The notes under the pieces were generated by a model, which did no database searches, was not told the origin of the DNA, and saw only the letters and a program-made list of their open reading frames with translations. A DNA stretch of 64,000 nucleotides from positions 32,001-96,000 of the IMG/VR virus record IMGVR_UViG_3300017971_000207; one strand, written 5' to 3'. Position 1 is the first letter of the stretch. Each line of letters opens with the position of its first letter. Positions 1-8,005 of the stretch are shown piece by piece. The translations under genes were made by a program, and so were the position numbers. Source of the DNA: a virus.

Positions 1-1
1 C

Positions 2-940
2 TTTGACCACCGTGCCCGGCTCGCGCGTGCGTGAGGAGATGTTCCCACAGACGTAGCCCAAACCGTCGATCAAGTTCTTGAGGTCCCGCGCAAGGTCGTA
101 GTTGGCTATCTCAAAGAAGTGCCGAAGCTTCCGACGGGGTTGCTTGTTGACCCACCCATCCGCGTCCAAGAACCCTCGCAAAAACGCCTCTCGGTGGTCT
201 TCAGGCAGCGTGTAGACCCACGCGGGTACTCGCTTCTTATCAAACCCATCAATCCACCCTAAAGCCGGCAGCAGGCGCCAGAGCTGGACGGAGCACACAA
301 CGGTCTCCTCGCCCACCACCGCACCATCGGACCGAACCTGCTTTACCCTAGGGTCGAGCCCCAAAGCTGCTAGAAGATTGTCGTACAGCTCGTTCTGCTC
401 CGGGTATTCTCCACGAGCATAGGCCACTCGGCCCTCCGCCTCTGACTTCGACCGCCACCCATCTCCCAGCAGAAACCCTAGTAGACGGCAGAAGCCCGCT
501 GACGGCCTCTCAGGGAGCTGTAGCTGACGCGGGGTGCCCTGGTCCCCCCAAGGCACCTCAAACGGGCTCTCGGCCCACAGGGACGACCACTCAGGAATCT
601 CTCCCGCAGGCATCCGCGTACTCACAACAATCTTTGATGTCCGAGAGTAATCAATGTTCCGCTTCTTGCCGCGGTACCTAACAATCCGCAGGTCCTTCAC
701 CCGAACCCACTCCCGCGACCCGTCGAGCCTCTGGGCCAACACCGGGTGATCTTCCGTCAGAAAGACCTCGCGGTGTCTTGTGCGGACCTTGTAAACCTTC
801 TTGGTGCCGTTGACGTGAAGCTGTTTGACAGGCAGAAGAGCAGGCTTACCGTCGCTGCACCCCAGCACGGAGCCGCGCTCGAAGGCTTGAATCTCCGTCA
901 GACCACGGTCGGTCCAAACGCGTGAGCCGTGTGCGAGGCA
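2..940 (-). mobile_element. Intein with LAGLIDADG endonuclease in the portal (C-terminal end outside window)
   Basis: GRFGY|CLAHGSRVWTDRG (block A), LTEDHPV (block B), LLGFLLGDG and FLRGFLDADG motifs. Confidence 0.9.
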
Positions 941-1492
941 ATACCCAAAACGCCCTTTGAAGTCCTGGATGAACCCGTAAAGCTCCCCACGCGGCCCCTC
1001 AATACGCCGCACAGTCGGAGGAGGTAGGTAGTTAAAACCCACCACGCCGTCAGCCGTCACCAGCAGCTCCTCGAAGTCATTACCGTACTTGATCAGCGTC
1101 CGAGCTATCTCCCATATCTCCTCATCCAAGCGCAGTTGCTTGTTGAGCAGATCGTTGAGCATGTTGGCGATGTTCTGGTTTGACGACGTGACCCACACCG
1201 TACGATTCAGCTGCGTGTCGGGCTGCGTGCTATCATCCGCAAAGACGTCGATGGCCGCCGACAGCTCAGGATAATCATCCATCTCCTCATAGTCGGCATA
1301 GCGAGACAGCAGATCTTGCTCCAGGCGCAGGTAGTCCGCGAGGACCTCGTAGCCATACGCTTGCAGAATGTCATAGCCGCTGCCGGGGTAGCCCGCCGCC
1401 GTGGCACCTTTCGCGAGCTGGACCGCAACCTGCTCCTTGTCCTTGGTCCACGCCTGGCGAATGCGATTGGCTATGTTGCTAAAGAACCCCAC
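2..1492 (-). CDS. Portal protein, T4 gp20-like, intein-containing; runs off the left edge (absent from the ORF track)
   Basis: Manual translation from GTG 1492: MGFFSNIANRIRQAW...RYADYEEMDDYPELSAAIDVFADDST...IWEIARTLIKYGNDF, resembling the gp20-family N-terminus. No stop before the window edge. Lies just downstream of the terminase. Confidence 0.85.
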   Translation of the reverse strand, partial: MGFFSNIANRIRQAWTKDKEQVAVQLAKGATAAGYPGSGYDILQAYGYEVLADYLRLEQDLLSRYADYEEMDDYPELSAAIDVFADDSTQPDTQLNRTVWVTSSNQNIANMLNDLLNKQLRLDEEIWEIARTLIKYGNDFEELLVTADGVVGFNYLPPPTVRRIEGPRGELYGFIQDFKGRFGYCLAHGSRVWTDRGLTEIQAFERGSVLGCSDGKPALLPVKQLHVNGTKKVYKVRTRHREVFLTEDHPVLAQRLDGSREWVRVKDLRIVRYRGKKRNIDYSRTSKIVVSTRMPAGEIPEWSSLWAESPFEVPWGDQGTPRQLQLPERPSAGFCRLLGFLLGDGWRSKSEAEGRVAYARGEYPEQNELYDNLLAALGLDPRVKQVRSDGAVVGEETVVCSVQLWRLLPALGWIDGFDKKRVPAWVYTLPEDHREAFLRGFLDADGWVNKQPRRKLRHFFEIANYDLARDLKNLIDGLGYVCGNISSRTREPGTVVK

Positions 1493-1830
1493 GGGCTACA
1501 CCTACGCTTCTACCGTTCCGCCAAGCTTACCAAAACCAGAGGCTTCGTGTTGGCTTCCTACCCAAGCAGCAGTTTCACCTGGTCCGCACGGACCAAGCCA
1601 GCGCTTCCGCGGCGATAGGCTATCCCCCTCGAACTGAGGGTTCACTTTAACCTGATAGGTGAAAGACTTTGCCGACCTAGCTTGGTTCTCGCTACCAACG
1701 GTCAGACTACCTCTTCCCTCTCTAAAGGTTTTACTCCGCCCAAGATTCAGGGCAGAAACCGTGGAACCTTCACTTCTCAAAGAGTTGCCCACAGAAAACC
1801 ACACTCTCCTTAGATCGTCAAGCCTACCTT
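1493..1830 (-). ncRNA. Candidate structured RNA or long leader upstream of the portal
   Basis: Intergenic tract, less GC-rich than its flanks, with several adjacent or nested hairpins. An atypical 100-aa ORF (1502..1804) is the alternative reading. Confidence 0.3.
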
Positions 1831-1872
1831 CTACCCTACGGCAACACCGACCAGATTCCTAGCACGTAACAC

Positions 1873-2196
1873 CTACCCCACCCAGCCATCGCCTATCATC
1901 CGATCGACAACCGCCTGAGCCTTCGGCCCGATAGACAGCTTTAGCACCGCCTGGCGCGCGGCGCGCCAGTGCGCCGCAACGTGCTTGAGCAGCGTGTCAG
2001 GCTCCATAGGCACCGCACGGTGGAGCGTTAGCCGAAAGCCCTTGAAACGGCGGAGCTCGTCATTGGACAACCCCACTAGCTCGTCCGTCTCGTCCACGCC
2101 GTCAACCAACGTAATAAGGCTCTGAAGGTCCGCATGCTCGGGACCCGTCAGCGCCTCCCTCATCTCCGTAATAAGCCTCTGAAGCCTTGTAGACAC
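1873..2196 (-). CDS. Hypothetical protein (MSTRLQRLITE...)
   Basis: AGGAGG SD before GTG 2196; lies between terminase and portal. Confidence 0.7.
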   Translation of the reverse strand: MSTRLQRLITEMREALTGPEHADLQSLITLVDGVDETDELVGLSNDELRRFKGFRLTLHRAVPMEPDTLLKHVAAHWRAARQAVLKLSIGPKAQAVVDRMIGDGWVG

Positions 2197-2231
2197 CTTA
2201 ACCTCCTGAACGACCGCGTGGTCGCATCCTA

Positions 2232-5200
2232 TCAGAAAACGCCGTCTGAGCCCCAGCCTGAGCCACCACGGCCCCATCCAGGCGAGCCCATACCGCCACC
2301 CAAGATCGGTGGGAGCACGTTCGGCTGCTGCCCGACCGGAAGCTGGGCCGCCGGTGGATAAAAGCGACCACTGTCGACGTGCCGGCCCGATAGACGACGC
2401 GCCGCGGCTGCGTGCTGCTGCTCCTCCATCCAGACGTCGGCCGAGGCCATCGCGCCGCGGAGCACAGGGAGCGGCTGCGTGGCCTGATGCTGCGACAGAG
2501 TGTAGATACAGCCCGCCAGGGCATCGCTCGTATCCTTAGAGCCCTTCTTGGGATGATCGACGCGCTGGCGCTTTGCGTCCAGCTCCAGCTCCCGCAGCTC
2601 TTTGAACACCGTAGGGTAACGATAGATGTTAATCCGATCCTCATAAAAAGCCGTCTTGAGCGCCTCGTACGGGTCCATCTTCGTGTCGACCGAGAGATGC
2701 TCCGCCGCATACCCCTTCTGCTTCAGCTGCTGTAACGCGTCGATCGACTGCCATGTATCCTGAGTAACCAGGGTGATAATGAAACCGTGAGCACTAAGCT
2801 CATAGACGAGGCGCCGCAGGTCGCCGAGCACAATCTCGTCCCCCACTGGAGGGACGATGCGCAGAATAACATCGACAAAGTAGATCGGCTGCCGCTCCTG
2901 GAATACCTCCCCGTCCTCCGCACGGCGCAGTACGTCCTTCCAGCCGCTGATATGAGCCATACAGAAGCCCACCGAATCCTTACGATAGGCAGGGTCGATG
3001 TGGATGTGCCGCGCCGCCTTGGGGTTGACAATCGGCGTCAGGGACTCGTGAGTGTAGCCCGAGAAGTCCCGCATCTGCGTCTTACGTACGAGGTTTTCCC
3101 AGATGAACGTCCCCGGCTTGGAGGGGTCGTATACCTCCACGCTGAAGGGATGCTGCCGCGTGTCGTCAAAGACAAGCTTCTCGCGACGCTGAACAAAGGG
3201 GCTAACTGCAACGGTCGACACCCCCGCGATATCTCTTATGCTGCCTTCAAGGTCACGCTCGAAGTCCGACTTGAAGTCGACGGGGACCGCTACCAACGTG
3301 ACGCCGTCAGGCACCCCGTCCCGCTCCAACCTGCTCTCCTCCCCCTCGTCCAGGATACGCGAGGGTATCTGCTCATTACCGCACAGCACATAGAAGCGCT
3401 CGGGGCTAAAGTGGTCCGCGGGCTTTGAATCCCACAGCGCGTAATCTCGGACCATCACCCGCGGGTCCTCCTTAGCTTCCCGAATGCGCCGCGCCGTGAA
3501 GTCATCCGCGGTCTTCTTTGACGAAACGAGGAAGATCTTCCCGAGCACACGGCCGCCCCGGCCGAAGCGGGATTTCATGCGGCGCTTGAGACCGTTGTAG
3601 ATCATCTCCGCGTGGTCCACAGCCCCCATCCGTGGGTCTATCTTGCGCCCCTTGCTAAGGAAGTTGCTGTTGTGAACGAGCACCCCGTCCCCTATGAAGA
3701 CCTCACATCCTGGGACGCAAATGTCGTAGGTAGGGAGCATTCCCAGCCCTCTCTTGGACACGACGCGGGCCACAGTAAACGCTCGTCCCATACCTCGTAT
3801 ACCCACCCCTGACGAGCGCAATACGCCCGTACCGCTCCCATCTTCGCCTTCTCCTTGGGGTTGGATATGTAGCCTCTGGGCTTCACCTCGACGACCAGCG
3901 TGCGGCCGTCGCTCAGCTCGACCACGTAATCCGGCACAGTGTTGCGTCGCTTGTCCTCCCAAAGGTACGGCACCGACAGCTTCTCGTAACGGTAAGCGGC
4001 TACATCCGAACGCCCCTCCAATATCTCCACCGCTCGAAGCTCCCACAGCGAACGAAAGCCCAGCAAACCCGCCTTCGTCGTCTCGACACGGCCTAGATAC
4101 CTCCAATCTCCCTTCTTCAGGCGCCAGACGCTTGACGCCGATATCTTGGCCCGTGTCTCCTCCGAATGCGTGTAGTCCCGAGTGCGGTTGTATTCGATCA
4201 AACGCCGCTTGAACGCTTCCGTATGCATAGGTTTGCCCCGCCGCGCCTCTGACATTTTGCGTCGCGCCTCCGCCGAGGGGCGCCTCCCAGTCGCAGCCTC
4301 TCGCAACCGCTGCTTGTGCTCCTCTGACAGAGGCTTGCCGTAGTTGGGGTTGTCCTCCCCCACCATTGGCGGCGGTGGTCGCAAGTTGCTGTCTCCAGCG
4401 GCCCAACGCTCCTTCATCGCCCGCGACACTTTGGAACGCGCCTCGTCCGACATCACCTTCCCTCGGTTTCCCTCTCCTATCTTGCGCTTGGTCTCCTCCG
4501 TGTGCTTCCAACCAGTCCTCTTCCTCCGCGCCTCCGCCATCTTGCGCTTTGCTTCCGCCGTATGCTTGCGCCCATGAAACGGGTTCTTTGAGCCCGTCCG
4601 CTGCTTGGCTATCTCCGATAAGCGTCTCTTTTGATCCTCCGAAAGCTTCTGACCTTTCCTCGGCATATGTGACAACCTCCTCACCCGGAAGTATATCACG
4701 CATTAACTTGAAGCCTAGAACCCCGTCACGGCCTAGCACAGCCACCGGATGCCTCCACGACGCGCGCAGACGTTGCCCCCCGTCAAGCTCTACCTCAAAG
4801 CACTCCTGGACCGTCGAACGCTTGATATACGCATCAGCCTCCACTGGGCAGCCCCCCTCTACCGACAGCAACCTAAAGGGCAACCGCAGCGGCCCACAAG
4901 ACTCATAAAGAGCCTCCGCAGTGGCCACCCGACCCCCTGGAAGCGACACCAAGGTATCAGCGCACACGCACTCATCCACTAAGGCCCCGAGGGTGTTCAA
5001 ACCCAATGCGGAGGTGTCCGTGGTGGCCCGAGCTGCCAGCCACACGTTGTTGGGGAACCTGAACTCCTTCCGCGTAGCCTTGTACGGGAAGTGCTCCGCA
5101 AAGTAAGGGCTAGCTTTGAGCTTCGTCGCAATGTTCTCAAAGGCGACCTTCATCGCCAGGCCCTCATTGACGCTCAAGCACACGATCGAGATGTCGGTGT

Positions 5201-5642
5201 CCGGCGCCAGCCCAAGAGAGGCGTGAGGGTCGCGGAGGCAGGATAGCTCGTAGAGCATACGGCAGACTGCTACGGACGCTGAAAAGGTCTTTCCCCCTCC
5301 GATCGCCCCCGTAAAGATGACCTCTTCGTAGTCGCCCCCCTCAAAGAGCTCCTCCATGTCCGAGAGCCATCTGGGATACAGCACGCTGCAGGTGTTGCCG
5401 AGGTAGTAGTCATCCTTGACGAAGGTCGCGATATCCACGGGAGGATGCTTGAACTCGGCCTCGCTCACGATATCGATTAGGGGGCGGTCGCCCTCGCTAC
5501 GCTCCTCCTCGACCTCCGTCAACAGCACCATCAAGGCTGCGCGCTCATCCGGGCTTAGCGCTGCTAGCTCCTGCCGTAGGTCGGCCTCGTCCTCCTCAGC
5601 CGTACGCTTGCTGAAGATCCGACCACCGCGGTTTACGAGCAC
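2232..5642 (-). CDS. terL: Terminase large subunit with one intein (about 702 aa after splicing)
   Basis: Walker A GAIGGGKT, Walker B LVDE|S split by the intein, RNase H-like nuclease motifs HIHIDPA and VDHPKKGSKDTSDALAG. Confidence 0.93.
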   Translation of the reverse strand: MLVNRGGRIFSKRTAEEDEADLRQELAALSPDERAALMVLLTEVEEERSEGDRPLIDIVSEAEFKHPPVDIATFVKDDYYLGNTCSVLYPRWLSDMEELFEGGDYEEVIFTGAIGGGKTFSASVAVCRMLYELSCLRDPHASLGLAPDTDISIVCLSVNEGLAMKVAFENIATKLKASPYFAEHFPYKATRKEFRFPNNVWLAARATTDTSALGLNTLGALVDECVCADTLVSLPGGRVATAEALYESCGPLRLPFRLLSVEGGCPVEADAYIKRSTVQECFEVELDGGQRLRASWRHPVAVLGRDGVLGFKLMRDILPGEEVVTYAEERSEAFGGSKETLIGDSQAADGLKEPVSWAQAYGGSKAQDGGGAEEEDWLEAHGGDQAQDRRGKPREGDVGRGAFQSVAGDEGALGRWRQQLATTAANGGGGQPQLRQASVRGAQAAVARGCDWEAPLGGGATQNVRGAAGQTYAYGSVQAAFDRIQPHSGLHAFGGDTGQDIGVKRLAPEEGRLEVSRPCRDDEGGFAGLSFAVGASSGGDIGGAFGCSRLPLREAVGAVPLGGQATQHCAGLRGRAERRPHAGRRGEAQRLHIQPQGEGEDGSGTGVLRSSGVGIRGMGRAFTVARVVSKRGLGMLPTYDICVPGCEVFIGDGVLVHNSNFLSKGRKIDPRMGAVDHAEMIYNGLKRRMKSRFGRGGRVLGKIFLVSSKKTADDFTARRIREAKEDPRVMVRDYALWDSKPADHFSPERFYVLCGNEQIPSRILDEGEESRLERDGVPDGVTLVAVPVDFKSDFERDLEGSIRDIAGVSTVAVSPFVQRREKLVFDDTRQHPFSVEVYDPSKPGTFIWENLVRKTQMRDFSGYTHESLTPIVNPKAARHIHIDPAYRKDSVGFCMAHISGWKDVLRRAEDGEVFQERQPIYFVDVILRIVPPVGDEIVLGDLRRLVYELSAHGFIITLVTQDTWQSIDALQQLKQKGYAAEHLSVDTKMDPYEALKTAFYEDRINIYRYPTVFKELRELELDAKRQRVDHPKKGSKDTSDALAGCIYTLSQHQATQPLPVLRGAMASADVWMEEQQHAAAARRLSGRHVDSGRFYPPAAQLPVGQQPNVLPPILGGGMGSPGWGRGGSGWGSDGVF
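3669..4970 (-). mobile_element. TerL intein (434 aa), no in-frame endonuclease
   Basis: LVDE|CVCADTLV, ASWRHPV, TYDICVPG...VLVHN|S. The central ~300 aa are low-complexity G/A/R/Q sequence. Confidence 0.93.
3692..4666 (-). CDS. NUMOD3-repeat plus TnsA-like PD-(D/E)XK endonuclease nested in the +1 frame of the TerL intein
   Basis: GAGGAGG SD 9 nt before ATG 4666. Repeats such as KHTAEAKRKMAEA, KHTEETKRKIGE, HSEETRAKIS. Nuclease motifs FRSLWE, PDYVVE, VEVKP. Confidence 0.88.
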   Translation of the reverse strand: MPRKGQKLSEDQKRRLSEIAKQRTGSKNPFHGRKHTAEAKRKMAEARRKRTGWKHTEETKRKIGEGNRGKVMSDEARSKVSRAMKERWAAGDSNLRPPPPMVGEDNPNYGKPLSEEHKQRLREAATGRRPSAEARRKMSEARRGKPMHTEAFKRRLIEYNRTRDYTHSEETRAKISASSVWRLKKGDWRYLGRVETTKAGLLGFRSLWELRAVEILEGRSDVAAYRYEKLSVPYLWEDKRRNTVPDYVVELSDGRTLVVEVKPRGYISNPKEKAKMGAVRAYCARQGWVYEVWDERLLWPASCPREGWECSLPTTFASQDVRSS

Positions 5643-6346
5643 GACGCCTCCGAAGGCTCCGAGTCCACAACCTCGGCCTTGGCCTCAATAACCTCGGGCT
5701 CATCCGCTACACGGGCGAGCTTGCTCGCAAGCCCCAACAGCTTGCGGCGCTTCTCCGGGTTGGCGAGCACCTTAGCTACCTTGGGATCCCCTAGCCGGTC
5801 CTCCACGTGGGCAGTGATGTGGGCCTCGACATCAATCTTCCCCAGCTGCCGCTCATTGAGCCCCAGGTCCATCTTAAGCTGCGCGATGCTTGTCAGGATC
5901 TCGCGGGCCGCCCGTATCTCCTGCGTCATCGACGGGAATAGCTTGTTGATGGTCTTCTCGTTCTCGTACTCAATGCCTATCCGCTCCATCTGGACGGCAT
6001 AAAGCAACCAAAGCTCGTCGAGCTCATCTAGCCCCTCCGCGACACGCAGCGCTGCCTGCTCAAAGCAGAGCGGCATACGCCCCTTGATGAGCTGCGCAGA
6101 GGGAATCGTCGTCCGATAGCGACGCAGCATCGACACCAACCCCTCGCGGCTGGCGTCGGTGTATTCGTGGCGCTCCTCCTGAATGAACTCCGCTATCTTC
6201 CGGTCGCTCCACCCATCAAGGAACAGCTGATGCATCTCATCAAAGCACTTGAGCGCACGGAGCTTCGGGAAGTTGGTAGCGCGCCTGGTCGGCTTAATCT
6301 GAAAAGCCGCTGGCCGACGCTTGCGGCCGTTCTTCTTAGCAGTCAC
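5633..6346 (-). CDS. Putative terminase small subunit
   Basis: Overlaps the terL start; HTH-like GWSDRKIAEFI followed by helical region. Called mainly from position. Confidence 0.6.
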   Translation of the reverse strand: MTAKKNGRKRRPAAFQIKPTRRATNFPKLRALKCFDEMHQLFLDGWSDRKIAEFIQEERHEYTDASREGLVSMLRRYRTTIPSAQLIKGRMPLCFEQAALRVAEGLDELDELWLLYAVQMERIGIEYENEKTINKLFPSMTQEIRAAREILTSIAQLKMDLGLNERQLGKIDVEAHITAHVEDRLGDPKVAKVLANPEKRRKLLGLASKLARVADEPEVIEAKAEVVDSEPSEASCS

Positions 6347-6400
6347 GCCTCCAGCTTATCACGTTCAAACGCGATAGCCTAACCGCGCGAGATCGTTAGG

Positions 6401-6429
6401 TGCCTCGGGCGGGAGTCGAACCCACACCC
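6401..6429 (-). pseudogene. Orphan 3' half of a tRNA (T arm plus acceptor strand CCGAGGC-A)
   Basis: GTGGG TTCGACT CCCGC CCGAGGC A; acceptor strand is exactly complementary to GCCTCGG at 7026..7020. Confidence 0.8.
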
Positions 6430-6439
6430 GACCAATCAG

Positions 6440-6524
6440 TGCCCAAGCTGGGAATCGAACCCAGACGCCTCTACGAGACAACGGGTTTTAAACCCGTCCC
6501 GACTACCAATTACGGCACTTGGGC
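6440..6524 (-). tRNA. tRNA-Leu(TAA), long variable arm
   Basis: Acceptor GCCCAAG/CTTGGGC, anticodon arm ACGGG TTTAAAA CCCGT, T arm CTGGG TTCGATT CCCAG. Confidence 0.92.
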
Positions 6525-6953
6525 TAGAAACTGCGCGCGAGGACGAGCCCCGCAAGAATAAACCTGCCTTCTCCTACTCCACTTACCAGAGCAAGACTTG
6601 CTACAAAATGGCCCCGCCTTACCCTGCTTCCTATTCGAGCGGACCACACGTGCCGGTTTAGTTCCTTGTCCCCCACACTCAGGACAAGCAAAAACCACAA
6701 GCTCCTCGGACCTCGCATGCTCTCGCGCGTGGTCCCCACGAGAGATAACCTCCAGATTACCCAACGCATTGTTGGCTCTGTTTCCATCCCTGTGATGAAC
6801 ACACTCCCAACTCTCCAGCTTACGGCCCAGATGCGCCTCCATAACCTCCCGATGCTCTAGAACACTACGCTTAGTACCATCCGACAATCTCTCGACCCTC
6901 ATTCGGTACCCCTTCATGTTATACCAACCAGACCTCCACGCAACTTCAACCAT
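6510..6953 (-). CDS. Free-standing HNH endonuclease with C-terminal Cys (Zn-binding) region; start may be ATG 6917
   Basis: EHREVMEAHLGRKL...VHHRDGNRANNALGNL...H; CPEC and FCSKSC motifs. Confidence 0.9.
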   Translation of the reverse strand: MVEVAWRSGWYNMKGYRMRVERLSDGTKRSVLEHREVMEAHLGRKLESWECVHHRDGNRANNALGNLEVISRGDHAREHARSEELVVFACPECGGQGTKPARVVRSNRKQGKAGPFCSKSCSGKWSRRRQVYSCGARPRAQFLAQVP

Positions 6954-6991
6954 AACGATGGTTTAACACTGTCTCTACCCACAGACCACTA

Positions 6992-7026
6992 GAACCTGCC
7001 GCCTCTACCAGCTGGGCTACCGAGGC
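6992..7026 (-). pseudogene. Orphan 5' half of a tRNA (acceptor strand, D arm, 5' anticodon stem)
   Basis: GCCTCGG TA GCCCAGCTGGTAGAGGC G GCAGG TTC; same D-arm pattern as the neighbouring Leu tRNAs; no complementary CCTGC downstream. Confidence 0.8.
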
Positions 7027-7033
7027 TCACAGG

Positions 7034-7108
7034 TGCCCGAGAGAGGATTCGAACCTCCAACCTCGTCGTCCTAAGCGACGCGCCTCTACCTGGTTGGGCT
7101 ACTCGGGC
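7034..7108 (-). tRNA. tRNA-Leu(TAG), short variable loop
   Basis: Acceptor GCCCGAG/CTCGGGC, anticodon arm CGTCG CTTAGGA CGACG, GGTTCGAATCC T loop. Confidence 0.92.
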
Positions 7109-7111
7109 TAG

Positions 7112-7186
7112 TGGTCAGAGGGGGATTCGAACCCCCAACCTTCGGCCCCTCAAGCCGACGCCTCTGCCTAGTTGGGCTACCTGACC
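7112..7186 (-). tRNA. tRNA-Leu(GAG), short variable loop
   Basis: Acceptor GGTCAGG/TCTGACC, anticodon arm TCGGC TTGAGGG GCCGA, T arm GGGGG TTCGAAT CCCCC. Confidence 0.92.
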
Positions 7187-7300
7187 GATACACATGTCTG
7201 CGCCCGTCCACCACCTCCCGGCGGGACGGGCCGTCAAAGCAACAGGTGTAGTCGGCGAGACATCACCGCCTAGACTGCCACAGAAGCCCATCTATGACAA

Positions 7301-7540
7301 CTACTCAGGAACGACCACGTGGTCGCCGCCCCCAACCTCTGGGAAGTACGCTTCATAGCCAGTCGGAGTAGGTGCAGATCTAACCACGTAAGGCATCCCA
7401 CAGCCACCGCAATGAGACAGCTCGCGCGTCTGCCCACAGCCAGGCACCGCCACACGCCCTCGGCAATGAGGACAGTAGATGTCGATCTTAGCACAGCAGC
7501 CCATCCGCTCAACCGCCAGCACCTCGACAACCCGGCCCAT
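7301..7540 (-). CDS. Small Zn-ribbon protein
   Basis: CPHC...CGGC; abuts the upstream ORF. Confidence 0.65.
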   Translation of the reverse strand: MGRVVEVLAVERMGCCAKIDIYCPHCRGRVAVPGCGQTRELSHCGGCGMPYVVRSAPTPTGYEAYFPEVGGGDHVVVPE

Positions 7541-7747
7541 CTAACCGTCCTCCAGATCACGACGCCGCCCATCATCCAGCTTGCGGGCCTCCGCAAGGAG
7601 AAAGCGCTTGCGGTCCTCCTTGCTCATGCTCCGGGTCAGACCAAACAGGTCCGTCACCACCCCCAAGCACCACTGATAGCTCGGCTTGCCCGGCAGGTTG
7701 CGCTGCACATGCCTGGCGTACGCCTTCAAAGGATGACCCTTACTCAT
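7541..7747 (-). CDS. Hypothetical protein
   Basis: GGAGGT SD; tight gene packing. Confidence 0.65.
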   Translation of the reverse strand: MSKGHPLKAYARHVQRNLPGKPSYQWCLGVVTDLFGLTRSMSKEDRKRFLLAEARKLDDGRRRDLEDG

Positions 7748-7774
7748 CTCACCTCCCCAACAAAGCTCCAGCAG

Positions 7775-8005
7775 TCACCGTCTGCGCCCCTTACGGCGCA
7801 GCTCCTGGCTCCTCGGACTAGTAACCCTCCCCTCCCACTCGTGAGCACACCCCAAACACCGCAGGTTAGCCCTAGCGTTCATGTCGTAGGTGTCTGGGTT
7901 AAGCACCTCTATCACCTCCACACGCCAACTACCGCACTTCTCGCACACTGTCCTACGCTCTGCCATCTCACCACCCCAGCAACGTGCGCGCCGCAACCGC
8001 CTCAC
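7775..8005 (-). CDS. Small Zn-ribbon protein (true start probably the internal MAERR)
   Basis: CEKC...CLGC. Confidence 0.6.
   Translation of the reverse strand: MRRLRRARCWGGEMAERRTVCEKCGSWRVEVIEVLNPDTYDMNARANLRCLGCAHEWEGRVTSPRSQELRRKGRRR

Noticed and set aside
3669-4970. Nested nucleases explained as sequencing frameshifts or programmed frameshifting
   Set aside because: The host frames are fully open and need no shift. Each nested ORF has its own SD, ATG and stop, and the same offset occurs three times. Read-level confirmation is still advisable.
6430-6991. Group I intron in a tRNA anticodon loop
   Set aside because: No recognisable P/Q/R/S core, the insert holds a complete second tRNA, and rejoining the halves does not restore an anticodon stem.
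6990-7026. Apparent CTA (amber suppressor) anticodon suggesting TAG recoding
   Set aside because: The 3' anticodon stem is missing, so the CTA probably spans the insertion junction. Several clear genes end at TAG (e.g. dnaC-like 41859, peptidase 56369) and long genes show no in-frame TAG.
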